DNA from: an uncultured virus (IMG/VR IMGVR_UViG_3300021087_000006)
Lineage: Duplodnaviria > Heunggongvirae > Uroviricota > Caudoviricetes
DNA length: 36,550 bases
IMG/VR virus record: IMGVR_UViG_3300021087_000006
Direction: 5' to 3' (one strand)
Part shown: positions 9,194-18,107 of the stretch, in pieces
Layout of the letters: every line of letters starts with the position of its first letter
Numbering within the stretch: position 1 is the stretch's first letter
Made by a program: the position numbers and the translations under genes
Notes under the pieces: generated by a model
The model's database searches: none
Seen by the model: the letters and a program-made list of their open reading frames with translations, nothing else
Told to the model about the DNA's origin: nothing

Positions 9194-9486
9194 GTCGAGG
9201 ATACCACAGACAACAGAAAGGTCTTCGGAGAAATCAAAAGCAACAGACTAAGCAAGGTCGCAGGATGGAAACCGAACAGCAAGAACGGAGACAGGAACAA
9301 ATCAAGTGGTGGAATCTATCACCTAGAGAGAAGAACGAATACTGGGCATGGGCAGAATTACGCAAGCAGAGAGCGCATCGCCTATTCAATCTTCACGATG
9401 GCGGTGAGACTACAGAACTCCGCTACTATCCAATGCCCGAAGAAGACTTAGAGAAAGAACTCAAACACATAAGGGGAGATGAATGA
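9190..9486 (+). CDS. hypothetical Gln/Arg-rich protein
   Basis: Coupled ORF. Confidence 0.65.
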   Translation: MSRGYHRQQKGLRRNQKQQTKQGRRMETEQQERRQEQIKWWNLSPREKNEYWAWAELRKQRAHRLFNLHDGGETTELRYYPMPEEDLEKELKHIRGDE

Positions 9487-9620
9487 TGAAGCGATACTAC
9501 TCAGGTGATAAAACTACTGAGTACCTAGATGAATTTGCTGAGGGCGAAGCTGACAACGAGGCGATGCTCTTTCTACTGAAAGAAGGGAGTGACCATCAGA
9601 AGTTTTTTGCAGATGAATAA
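9483..9620 (+). CDS. 45-aa acidic protein (not in ORF track)
   Basis: SD AGGGGAG; ATGA overlap. Confidence 0.55.
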   Translation: MMKRYYSGDKTTEYLDEFAEGEADNEAMLFLLKEGSDHQKFFADE

Positions 9621-9634
9621 AAACATCGTAATGT
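9621..9634 (+). repeat. AAACATCGTAATGT motif copy 4 (directly after a stop codon)
   Basis: Exact match. Confidence 0.95.
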
Positions 9635-9666
9635 ATTAACAACCAATAGGAAGGTAACAACAACAC

Positions 9667-9945
9667 ATGAGTAACGAAGAAGATGAAGTAATGATGCATG
9701 AGCCACCAAAGCCATACGCACCATCCATGTTCAGTCACACCGACTTCCATGCAGTCTGGGAAGAAGGTGGAGCGAACCACATCGAGTCCTACATAGAGGA
9801 GGAGGAGATGAAGATAGAGGAACTCAAAGATTTCATTCTTGAGATGGAAGTGTACGAGAGTCTGATGAAAGAGTGGGAAGAATACCAGTCAGAAGCAGAG
9901 TGGACTATTTTGGAAGCTCGACCAAATGGAGAAGTAACACAATGA
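9667..9945 (+). CDS. acidic hypothetical protein
   Basis: SD AGGAAGG. Confidence 0.7.
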   Translation: MSNEEDEVMMHEPPKPYAPSMFSHTDFHAVWEEGGANHIESYIEEEEMKIEELKDFILEMEVYESLMKEWEEYQSEAEWTILEARPNGEVTQ

Positions 9946-10226
9946 CTGAGGAGATGAAGCTGGCAATAAAACTACAACCAGTAATAGCACTACTTAACTT
10001 TGTTAAATCCTGTACTGAATATCATCCTGACGAAACCCCCGAATGGTTCTTGGAGGAAAACGACATTTCATACGAGGATTTGGATGCGACTGAGCATTAC
10101 GAAGCACTCGATAATGCTCACGATTCCTTCAGAGATGCATACGGAAGTGACGCTGATACTGACATCGTGCGCTCTATCTGTGAAGGTGCAAGACAACTAC
10201 TCAAAGACTTGGAGGTGGCAGTCTAA
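9942..10226 (+). CDS. acidic hypothetical protein
   Basis: Start reassigned to ATG 9942 (ATGA overlap, GGAG SD). Confidence 0.7.
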   Translation: MTEEMKLAIKLQPVIALLNFVKSCTEYHPDETPEWFLEENDISYEDLDATEHYEALDNAHDSFRDAYGSDADTDIVRSICEGARQLLKDLEVAV

Positions 10227-10438
10227 TGGCACACACATTTATGGTACAGATAACAGTTGAAGATAACCATACGCCTATTAGTGAAGGTGAAACCAAAACT
10301 AGATGGATTGAGAAAAAGGTTATGGATGTTCTCAACGAGAAACATGAATGGTCGTTTACTCAGTACGTGACTGTTCCAGAAGTTAAGAGGTTGATTGCGG
10401 ATCAGGTGAACAAGATAGTAAGCGTAAGGAGACAATAA
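10226..10438 (+). CDS. hypothetical protein
   Basis: SD GGAGG; TAATG overlap. Confidence 0.7.
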   Translation: MAHTFMVQITVEDNHTPISEGETKTRWIEKKVMDVLNEKHEWSFTQYVTVPEVKRLIADQVNKIVSVRRQ

Positions 10439-11001
10439 TGCCTAATGAATGTGCGAATGAAGTATCCGTGTACGGCTCAGTAGCGGAGCTAAAGAGATTC
10501 AAGGAAGCCATCACCAGCAAAAAGGATGACGGTATTGAATATGAGATATTCCGCAACCTGTTACCACTTGATTTCGATACAAGTGATAATCCTAGACAAC
10601 TAGCCATTGATGTATGGGGTAGTAAGTGGGGTGACTATGACACCGATGTTAGTGACATAACAGACGAGTATGGGTGGGAGGTATCATCCATATTTATGGA
10701 GTACCTATCTGCATGGAGTCCATGTGACTACACCAAGATTAGTGAGATGTTTCCCGACTTGACATTCCTAATGGTCTACTCCGAACATGGTTGGGGTTTC
10801 ATGGGTGTGACGGTCTATCAAAAGGGTGAAGAAGTGTTTAGTGATTTCGTTGATAGTACTAATGACCGTTATCCGCAGTTAAGGGAAGACTTACCTGAGG
10901 ATACTGATTGGCAGGCTCAGGAAGAATTTGATGAAGCTGAGATGGAATTAAGACATCAGTTCGATATTGAGGCTCTGAAGTTTGTAGGACTACTGACATG
11001 A
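10438..11001 (+). CDS. DUF1281 / YubB ferredoxin-like domain protein
   Basis: MPNECANEV...WGSKWG...SAWSP...FPDL.F...YSE.G..FMG pattern. Confidence 0.8.
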   Translation: MPNECANEVSVYGSVAELKRFKEAITSKKDDGIEYEIFRNLLPLDFDTSDNPRQLAIDVWGSKWGDYDTDVSDITDEYGWEVSSIFMEYLSAWSPCDYTKISEMFPDLTFLMVYSEHGWGFMGVTVYQKGEEVFSDFVDSTNDRYPQLREDLPEDTDWQAQEEFDEAEMELRHQFDIEALKFVGLLT

Positions 11002-11237
11002 ACCTAAAACACGCAAGACTAGAAAATGGAACTATTGAGTTCGCACTCGAAATCAATTTGCCCGATGATCGAGTACTTGTTGTCAACAGTTACGATGGGA
11101 AGTTGAACATGCACACTACCGACAACGAAGATACCTCTAGTGTGGAACTCACATTTGAGGAGTGGGCAAACTGGGTAGTCAAGAGAAAAAACATCGTAAT
11201 GTCATTTCTTGGAGAAGGTAGTCAGGGTAATGACTGA
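10998..11237 (+). CDS. hypothetical protein
   Basis: ATGA overlap. Confidence 0.65.
   Translation: MNLKHARLENGTIEFALEINLPDDRVLVVNSYDGKLNMHTTDNEDTSSVELTFEEWANWVVKRKNIVMSFLGEGSQGND
11189..11202 (+). repeat. AAACATCGTAATGT motif copy 5
   Basis: Exact match. Confidence 0.95.
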
Positions 11238-11553
11238 ACTTACACGCATGGTTTTGCTTGACAGTAAAAACAATGAAGACAATAGCACGTTGAGAATGCA
11301 CGTTATGTTTTTAGGCGATGATGACTTTGCCGATATGTGGGTGAATGATCCTGATGTGCTTGACAGGTTGCATGGTTTTGACAGCACGTTCGCCTACGAG
11401 TTTGATTTTGGTGAGTATCAGACCATTGAGGGCATGGTGGGTGAACCTGTTTATGACGACATGGAAATTACCGCAATATTGGAAGTTATGACTCTTGCGG
11501 AATACGGATGGGATTTCACCGAAGATATTAAACAATGGAAGGAAAACACATGA
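11230..11553 (+). CDS. acidic hypothetical protein
   Basis: Start reassigned to ATG 11230. Confidence 0.65.
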   Translation: MTELTRMVLLDSKNNEDNSTLRMHVMFLGDDDFADMWVNDPDVLDRLHGFDSTFAYEFDFGEYQTIEGMVGEPVYDDMEITAILEVMTLAEYGWDFTEDIKQWKENT

Positions 11554-11732
11554 GTAATAATATGGAATATGAGTTTCTTTGGGATGAAGCAACAGGGGAT
11601 GTAAATGCCATGTTCTTCAACGAGGTCATGGAATATGTGGGTAGACACATGAGGCAACACTTACCAGCATTCGATGATGTTCAAGAGACTTTGGTGGCAG
11701 AACTAGTGACACGTATGCAAGAGGAAGGCTAA
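11550..11732 (+). CDS. small hypothetical protein
   Basis: SD AAGGA and ATGA overlap at 11550. Confidence 0.65.
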   Translation: MSNNMEYEFLWDEATGDVNAMFFNEVMEYVGRHMRQHLPAFDDVQETLVAELVTRMQEEG

Positions 11733-11866
11733 TGCCTAGAACAATAACAGTAATGATAAAAGATGACTTCGATCCCACTCTTGGGGCAGATGTCATAGAG
11801 GCAGTCGAAGATTTTGAGCAACTACTTCAAGTGGAGTTCGAGGATAAGGAGAGGACTAATGCCTGA
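11732..11866 (+). CDS. 44-aa acidic protein (not in ORF track)
   Basis: TAATG overlap, GAGGAAGG SD; fills the gap exactly. Confidence 0.55.
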   Translation: MPRTITVMIKDDFDPTLGADVIEAVEDFEQLLQVEFEDKERTNA

Positions 11867-12386
11867 AGTAGAACAAGACAGATTACAAAACATCATTGAG
11901 TTGATTAACAACCCAAAGACACAAAACGTGAATAAGAACGAGATGATTTTACATCTTGAAAGCCTTGCCAACACAAGGAGCAAGTCTCATCATGTCGAAG
12001 CGTACCGGAGCATTATTGCCAAGTCCGAGATATGGGAAATATGGGGTTGCGATCATTGTGACGTTAAGTATCCATATTATGAGATTATTGCAGAAGAACA
12101 TGCGAAAGGACTTCGTGAAGCAGTTGGGATGTTCACATTCGTAGAGACAGGTAACTGGAGTCCAGCGAAATGCACGGACTACGCAAACATAATTAGTGAA
12201 CATTCTTACCTGTGCTGGAGTTGTGCAGAGGACTATCTCATTGATAATGGCGTTGAGCCGAACTATGAGCGTGAACCGATTATCGAAGCGTTGTTAGAGC
12301 CATTGACAGAAAACAGTCTAGGCATCTACACCAAGTTCATGACCGAATACATGGAAGAAAAGGAGAGGGCTAATGCCGACTTATGA
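11859..12386 (+). CDS. hypothetical protein with CxxC pairs
   Basis: Start reassigned to 11859 (SD AAGGAGAGG); CDHC and CWSC. Confidence 0.7.
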   Translation: MPEVEQDRLQNIIELINNPKTQNVNKNEMILHLESLANTRSKSHHVEAYRSIIAKSEIWEIWGCDHCDVKYPYYEIIAEEHAKGLREAVGMFTFVETGNWSPAKCTDYANIISEHSYLCWSCAEDYLIDNGVEPNYEREPIIEALLEPLTENSLGIYTKFMTEYMEEKERANADL

Positions 12387-12714
12387 AGATAGCAATTTAC
12401 AACAAAGCAATTCGCAACAACGCATGTTTGAATATCAAAAATATATACCAGAAGCAAGTGGTCATTACTTCACTGAACATTTACCTGATGGTTGGGATAC
12501 ATGGGAACATGAAGAACTAGAGAAGTGGTGTGAGGATCATGTTTGGCAACCATTTGAATACGATGATGTTCATTGGGTGTTTGAACAAGCAGACAATCTT
12601 GCAATATCTATCCACAGGTGTGTGGAAGAAGCAACCAAACCGTTGCATGAGGAGATAGCACGCCTCAACGATTCAATTCGTGGACTAGCGGAACTAGCGA
12701 AAAGAGGGGGATAA
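12373..12714 (+). CDS. hypothetical protein
   Basis: SD AAGGAGAGG. Confidence 0.7.
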   Translation: MPTYEDSNLQQSNSQQRMFEYQKYIPEASGHYFTEHLPDGWDTWEHEELEKWCEDHVWQPFEYDDVHWVFEQADNLAISIHRCVEEATKPLHEEIARLNDSIRGLAELAKRGG

Positions 12715-12848
12715 TGAAAACCGTCATATTCTGTGATTGGTGTCAAACTAACGATCACCCCTATTGGGATCATGTTCAAGAAATAGAGCATGAGGGTAGG
12801 TTAAAGAACCTTTGCTATGACTGTTTCTTAGATAGAGAGGATGACTAA
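12714..12848 (+). CDS. 44-aa CxxC..CxxC protein (not in ORF track)
   Basis: TAATG overlaps at both ends; CDWC...CYDC. Confidence 0.65.
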   Translation: MKTVIFCDWCQTNDHPYWDHVQEIEHEGRLKNLCYDCFLDREDD

Positions 12849-13012
12849 TGTTTCAAAACATCGTAATGTCCCTACTTGGATTTACTAATCCACTATGGGA
12901 GTACATAATTGCACCAGTAGCGCTGTGGGGTTTTGGTCTTGCAGTTGGATGGGGACTGGCAAGACACGAAATAAGAGAAATGGAAGAATTAATATGGGGG
13001 GAAGATGACTGA
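12848..13012 (+). CDS. 54-aa membrane protein (not in ORF track)
   Basis: MFQNIVMSLLG...IIAPVALWGFGLAVGWGLA. Confidence 0.6.
   Translation: MFQNIVMSLLGFTNPLWEYIIAPVALWGFGLAVGWGLARHEIREMEELIWGEDD
12856..12869 (+). repeat. AAACATCGTAATGT motif copy 6
   Basis: Exact match. Confidence 0.95.
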
Positions 13013-13463
13013 ACAATACGAACAACAAACTCTATTTGATGTCTCGAAGTATGAGAAATTGGATGGATCAGGAAAGGTAACTGAACAACCAACAGAAGAC
13101 GTAGTTGCTCAGTCTCTCATGCAGACAGACTACAACCAGTACTACTCTCGTATGGTTCATCTGAATGAAGTTGACTACCTGATTTCTCACAACATTGACT
13201 ACGAGGAAGGTGACCACGTAGAGATTAGCGTTCACATGAATTTCTTTGATTCACAAGATGCTTACGACAACTACCAACTCTCGGATGAGTTCGGTGGCGA
13301 CCACATGATTAGTCATATCCGATTAGACAAAGAGAGTATAGCTGGCACTTTGGAGATAGAACAGTTGGAAGAAATCATTAAATGGAAGAAGCAAGTTGAC
13401 TTGGAGTGGGAGATTAAACGTCTTACTCAAGAACTAAACAAAGTAAAGGAAGGGGAGTACTAA
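13005..13463 (+). CDS. acidic hypothetical protein with N-terminal QQTLF
   Basis: Coupled ORF. Confidence 0.7.
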   Translation: MTEQYEQQTLFDVSKYEKLDGSGKVTEQPTEDVVAQSLMQTDYNQYYSRMVHLNEVDYLISHNIDYEEGDHVEISVHMNFFDSQDAYDNYQLSDEFGGDHMISHIRLDKESIAGTLEIEQLEEIIKWKKQVDLEWEIKRLTQELNKVKEGEY

Positions 13464-13657
13464 TGGGACACGCAGACTCACAAGCATCAAGACCAGCACC
13501 ACCAACAAGAAAAGAATTGATGGAGCAAAGAGATAAAGATGCCGTTAGACTTAGACAGCGATGGGCAGAAGCCAAACTAGAAAAAGAGATACGAATACAG
13601 GAGACATTAAAATATGCGAATAGAAGAATTAGCGAGCGAAGTAGCAAAACTAGATAG
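13463..13657 (+). CDS. small basic helical protein
   Basis: SD AGGGGAG; TAATG overlap. Confidence 0.55.
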   Translation: MGHADSQASRPAPPTRKELMEQRDKDAVRLRQRWAEAKLEKEIRIQETLKYANRRISERSSKTR

Positions 13658-13973
13658 AGCAAGTAAAACAGCTAAAGCCAAACTAGACCAAGTTAAAGAA
13701 AAGATGATGGCTCAGATGGATGAGCATGACATCACCAAGTTCACACTTGATAGTGGTAGGGCAACGATTACTCTCGTAGATGCCGAGAGGTTAGACGTTG
13801 ATTATGAAACCCTAAATGAACTCGATTCAGAAATCGGTTCAAAAGTCCGTGCTGAAAAAGTGGACATCAAATTGTTCAAAGCTGGATTGGAAGCAGGACT
13901 CATTTCTACTGACTTGGCAAAAAAGGTTTCAAGTTTTACTCCATACCGTCAGATAAAAGTGACTCGTAAGTAA
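13614..13973 (+). CDS. coiled-coil phage protein (Gp157/Gam-like architecture)
   Basis: N-terminal helix AKLDQVKEKMMAQMDEHDITKF followed by beta strands; SD AGGAG. Confidence 0.65.
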   Translation: MRIEELASEVAKLDRASKTAKAKLDQVKEKMMAQMDEHDITKFTLDSGRATITLVDAERLDVDYETLNELDSEIGSKVRAEKVDIKLFKAGLEAGLISTDLAKKVSSFTPYRQIKVTRK

Positions 13974-13983
13974 GCTGTACTAA

Positions 13984-13997
13984 AAACATCGTAATGT
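13984..13997 (+). repeat. AAACATCGTAATGT motif copy 7 (intergenic)
   Basis: Exact match. Confidence 0.95.
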
Positions 13998-14094
13998 ATT
14001 GAGCTTTAAGACTCGCTTTATGGGTGTATATCTATATATATGCGGAAACCTATATTTATTATTATTTTGATTTTGTGAATTTTTCACAAGTGAA

Positions 14095-14110
14095 TCGTAC
14101 AAGTGTTCGA
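14095..14110. promoter_or_regulatory. putative actinobacterial LexA (SOS) box
   Basis: TCGTAC-AAGT-GTTCGA, one mismatch from TCGAAC-N4-GTTCGA, in a 500-bp intergenic region. Confidence 0.5.
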
Positions 14111-14130
14111 TTCTCTGAGCTGGGAATTTT

Positions 14131-14392
14131 CCTTGATTTTTCGGTATTTCCTCGTAGAAGCCTTCTAAGACGTTTCCAGTACTAATTTGGTGTAGTTATA
14201 CCTGAATGGGTATTGATGAGTTTAGAGATACCTGTACGCCTCTCTATCGGGAGATTACAAGTACTAGCTGGTTGCTGATAGCAATATAAAAAACATCGTA
14301 ATGTCATCGAAAAACCTTGATTTTTCGGGGTTTTATTAACACTCAAATAACCTGAAAAAACCTCGATTTTCCTTGATAAATCAGGGTTTTTT
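14131..14392. repeat. CCTTGATTTTTCGG direct repeats and associated inverted repeats
   Basis: 14131-14144 equals 14315-14328; hairpins CGAAAAA/TTTTTCG (14308-14327) and AAAAAACC..GATTT/AAATC..GGTTTTTT (14355-14392). Confidence 0.7.
14291..14304 (+). repeat. AAACATCGTAATGT motif copy 8 (intergenic)
   Basis: Exact match. Confidence 0.95.
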
Positions 14393-14473
14393 GGTAGCGA
14401 ATAGCAATAAATTCCTTATAGACTGAGGGTACACACAACAGGGTAAGAAAAGCCCTAAAAGGAGATACACATT

Positions 14474-14938
14474 ATGAGTATCAAATTAAACAATATGGGT
14501 ACGCCAGTTATTTGGCTAGCTCGTGAAGGTTGGGGAGGGGAGCGACCATTCATCGGATTGGTTGTTGCCTACCTCTTCAGTTCTCATCACAATTATGTGG
14601 TGTGGAATATGTCATCTCAAGACGGTGAGTCTTGGGATTGTTCACATGGTGATTACGTTCATGAATTGTCAGAAGCTGTTGACATATTCAATGACCGTGC
14701 GAAATTCATTTGTGAAACAGCGCAATGTATGAAAGCAAAATTCAAGCGTGAAGAACGTGAGCTTGCTGAGTGGTTGGCGGATCAGGAAAAGCGCCAAGCT
14801 CAAGACGGTGGCATCATCCATCTGAGTCCCGAAGGAAATTTCTGTGACGTGTGCGGTGTCGAAATGACATCAGGGAACACATCAATGATGCTTACCGCTA
14901 CGTGCGGAAATTGTAATTCAGTAGAGAGGGGTTACTAA
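14474..14938 (+). CDS. hypothetical protein with a C-terminal CxxC..CxxC zinc ribbon
   Basis: SD AAGGAG; CDVC...CGNC. Confidence 0.75.
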   Translation: MSIKLNNMGTPVIWLAREGWGGERPFIGLVVAYLFSSHHNYVVWNMSSQDGESWDCSHGDYVHELSEAVDIFNDRAKFICETAQCMKAKFKREERELAEWLADQEKRQAQDGGIIHLSPEGNFCDVCGVEMTSGNTSMMLTATCGNCNSVERGY

Positions 14939-14940
14939 TA

Positions 14941-15198
14941 ATGAGAAAGGTAACTGAAGTGATGCAGGACATGGGTATGCAACATGATGGTGCGTTTTGG
15001 ACATCGGGTTTGGAATTGTCGAATGATTGGGGATTCCAAGAGAACAACTATGACGTGGTTTTCTATGACGGAAGTCATTACCCCGATGGTCTATGGAGAG
15101 TCTGTGTTTACGGATTGAAGTATGACACGAATGGAAAAGACTGGACTGTTGATGAGTCCAACGTTATGTGGTTCACCGAGAATAAAAGGGAGGGCTAA
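14941..15198 (+). CDS. hypothetical protein
   Basis: SD GAGGGG. Confidence 0.7.
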   Translation: MRKVTEVMQDMGMQHDGAFWTSGLELSNDWGFQENNYDVVFYDGSHYPDGLWRVCVYGLKYDTNGKDWTVDESNVMWFTENKREG

Positions 15199-15557
15199 TG
15201 ACTGAGGTATTAGCACCAGCAGTATACGAAGCGTGGAAATTGTTTTCTTCATCGAAGTCAGTTCGGGAGATCGCCAAGCGATTTCCTGAGCTGGACATTT
15301 TTCCATCTTCATGTATCCACGATATGTACGTCATTGATCGGGACGTGATCTTCGTTCAGATTCTCTCGAAGGATGGAATGAGCTACAAAGAGTATGCGTA
15401 CGTAATTCCAATGAATTGCTCTCGTACTCATGGAGTACTCTTCGATCTTCGCAAAGCAATGTTCGAGACTTGCTCATTGGGCAAGGCTCTGCAAATACTC
15501 AAAGCCAATTTTGAATATGAGTTGATTGGTGAGTTCACATTAGGAGCGCAAGTATGA
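15198..15557 (+). CDS. hypothetical protein
   Basis: TAATG overlap, SD GGGAGG. Confidence 0.7.
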   Translation: MTEVLAPAVYEAWKLFSSSKSVREIAKRFPELDIFPSSCIHDMYVIDRDVIFVQILSKDGMSYKEYAYVIPMNCSRTHGVLFDLRKAMFETCSLGKALQILKANFEYELIGEFTLGAQV

Positions 15558-17122
15558 ACAACAAATTAGATGATCTGCTCGCAGGTCTTACTGAACAAAC
15601 TGAAGGAGCTACTGAGGTTCTGCCCAAGCGAGAAATCGTTCGGGTAGAACCTGAAGGTTCTCCATTTGAGTTGTATGAATTTCAGAATGAGGCTCTCGAT
15701 CATGCTCTTGAAAAAAAGAGAAGTTTGTGTGGTCTCGAAATGGGATTGGGCAAGACTCCGATCATGGCACATGCATCGTTGGCATGTGTCAAAGCTGGTG
15801 TGTCACCAATACTCGTAGTTGTGCCACCATCACTTCGACTCAACACTCGAATTGAGTTCGAGAGATTCTGTCCCGAGCTATCTACCGAGATTCTTCTTGG
15901 TCGTAAGCCTCATGAGATTCCAGATGTCGATGTCCTAATCATGGGTGACACATCTGTGAACGATTGGGCAGATGCTTTGGTCGAACATAAAATCCAATCC
16001 ATAATTTGTGATGAAGCTCATCGCTACAAGAATCCAAAAGCTCAGAGGTCGCAAGGTCTCTTGAGAATTTCTAGATCATTACCTGATGATGGTCTACGAC
16101 TCTTGTGTAGTGGCACGTTCACAACTAATGGTCGACCACAGGAACTAGCTGTGCCATTGCAAATCATTTCAAGAACTAGTGATCTTATGAATGGAAAGGT
16201 CTACGAAGATCCGATAGACAATTTCCAGCACACTAAAGATTTCTTGAATCGCTACTCGCCTCCCGATGGAAAAGGGTTTGGTGGTCGAGCGCCAGCAGTA
16301 CAACTACTACCTGAGCTACATGAGAGACTGGGCAATTACGCTCACTACCATCGCAAGCTACGGTCTGAAGTTACTGACCTACCTAACAAAGCTCGTTCGA
16401 TAGTTTTCATCGAGCCTGATAAAAAGGTCGAGAAGAAATACATCGAAGCTGAAGAAGATTTACGAAGTTACCTAAAGGGTGAAGGTCGTAATCGTTCTCA
16501 GATTGAGAGAGCATTTCGAGCAGAGACTTTGGTGAAGTTAGGTGTACTACGGAAGCTCTGTGGTCTTATGAAAGTTGAGTCAACATGCAAGTACGCACAA
16601 GACTTGATGGACATGGGCGAGAAAGTTTTCATCGTCACTTACTACAAAGACGAAGCCAACATGATTGCTGAGAAATTAAATGCAGTAAAAATAGTTGGTG
16701 GTATGTCAGATCATGCCAAGCAACAATCTGTCGAGAGATTCTCAAAAGATGTGGATGCTCTTGTGGGTAATCAAGTTAGTGCTGGTGTTGGGTTCACATT
16801 GCATGGAGCAGAGAAGATGGATGATGGTTCATTCTCTGATGCAAAGTGTCGCCATGTCATAACTCATAGTTTGGCGTGGCACTCATCTGATCTCCAGCAA
16901 TGCGAGGATCGTATTCACAGAATTGGTCAGAACCAAGAAGTTATTTCGAGCATCGAGATAGCTGGCATGACTGATCCAAACAGACAAAGTATTGACATAC
17001 ACGTTTGGGGATTGATCGAAGCCAAGTACGACCATACGGCAATGATACTTGATGGCAGAGAAGCTGATCTCGTAGACATTGACGATATTCATAATCACCT
17101 AATAGATATTTACTCAAACTAA
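15554..17122 (+). CDS. SNF2-family (SF2) helicase/ATPase, HARP-like
   Basis: LYEFQ, EMGLGKT, VVVPPSL, DEAH, SGT, AGVGFTL and QCEDRIHRIGQ. Confidence 0.92.
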   Translation: MNNKLDDLLAGLTEQTEGATEVLPKREIVRVEPEGSPFELYEFQNEALDHALEKKRSLCGLEMGLGKTPIMAHASLACVKAGVSPILVVVPPSLRLNTRIEFERFCPELSTEILLGRKPHEIPDVDVLIMGDTSVNDWADALVEHKIQSIICDEAHRYKNPKAQRSQGLLRISRSLPDDGLRLLCSGTFTTNGRPQELAVPLQIISRTSDLMNGKVYEDPIDNFQHTKDFLNRYSPPDGKGFGGRAPAVQLLPELHERLGNYAHYHRKLRSEVTDLPNKARSIVFIEPDKKVEKKYIEAEEDLRSYLKGEGRNRSQIERAFRAETLVKLGVLRKLCGLMKVESTCKYAQDLMDMGEKVFIVTYYKDEANMIAEKLNAVKIVGGMSDHAKQQSVERFSKDVDALVGNQVSAGVGFTLHGAEKMDDGSFSDAKCRHVITHSLAWHSSDLQQCEDRIHRIGQNQEVISSIEIAGMTDPNRQSIDIHVWGLIEAKYDHTAMILDGREADLVDIDDIHNHLIDIYSN

Positions 17123-17139
17123 GGAAGGAAATAATAAAT

Positions 17140-17361
17140 ATGAAAACAGAAACCACTACCCATGAAATTGACATCGAGCCTAATTGGAAGTTCATGAAAG
17201 AATTTACCAAGCGTGTAATATGCGAAGGCTCGATTGGAGGTGTGACCGTCACCCAAACTGGTCGTGTAAACCTAGAAGCCTTGATCGACTCTTATGAGGA
17301 GATCGTGGTTTACCTTGCGTCTGATGAAGGTCAGGCTCGTGAAAAAGAAAGGGGATTCTAA
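17140..17361 (+). CDS. hypothetical protein
   Basis: SD AAGGAAGG. Confidence 0.7.
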   Translation: MKTETTTHEIDIEPNWKFMKEFTKRVICEGSIGGVTVTQTGRVNLEALIDSYEEIVVYLASDEGQAREKERGF

Positions 17362-17363
17362 TA

Positions 17364-18077
17364 ATGGAATTACTAACAGAAAGGCAGTTGAAGTTCATCA
17401 ATAGTCTCTTGTCAGAACGGAAGACTATTCTCGGTATCGAGGATGTGCAGGCATACATGGATGATCGCATCTGCAAATTAAGCAAAAGAGATGCCAGCGA
17501 ACTAATTGGTAATCTTCTCGATCTAGGAGCAGACAAGGTCGAGATCGAAGGTCTTGATCTTCGAGACATCTGCATGGAACTCGGCAGAGTTTCACAATCC
17601 TACAATGGCAGGGAGTATAGGAATGTTCACTTACTTGCTAATGATGGCACTAGATTGCGGGTTTCATATTCACCACAGACTAAGTGGGTAAACGTGAAAG
17701 CTGGATCAGAATATGCAGAGCGAGAACAAGTAGGAACTCAACGACCTAATCATGGTTATGAAGGTTCTTACGTGGAGGATCTCGAAGCATTTGTGAAAGA
17801 TCCATCACCATTTGTTAAGCGTTATGCCGAAGTAACTGGTGCTTGTTGTGCATGTGGCAAAACCCTCGAAGATCCTTTGAGCTTGATTCGTGGCATGGGC
17901 ATAATCTGCTGGGATAAATGGAGCGGTATGTTTAGTGTTGAACACATCCAAGATGTTCAGGACAAAATCGCCCAGTTCAAAGCTGATGAGTCCTTCGATA
18001 CTGATACCTCTTATGGAGGTAGGGACTGGGATGAGGCTATGGCATATGATGATGAGGAATTAGGTTATTATTCCTAA
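17364..18077 (+). CDS. DUF6011-like zinc-finger protein
   Basis: TERQLKFI..L and SKRDASELI N-terminal motifs; CCACGKTLEDPLSLIRGMGIIC. Confidence 0.75.
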   Translation: MELLTERQLKFINSLLSERKTILGIEDVQAYMDDRICKLSKRDASELIGNLLDLGADKVEIEGLDLRDICMELGRVSQSYNGREYRNVHLLANDGTRLRVSYSPQTKWVNVKAGSEYAEREQVGTQRPNHGYEGSYVEDLEAFVKDPSPFVKRYAEVTGACCACGKTLEDPLSLIRGMGIICWDKWSGMFSVEHIQDVQDKIAQFKADESFDTDTSYGGRDWDEAMAYDDEELGYYS

Positions 18078-18107
18078 CTGAATAGGCAGAAAAAGCTCGC
18101 CCTAACT

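Noticed and set aside
6712..14304. CRISPR array interpretation of the 14-bp repeats
   Set aside because: The repeats are too short, the spacing is 0.3-1.7 kb and irregular, the intervals contain genes, and there are no cas genes.
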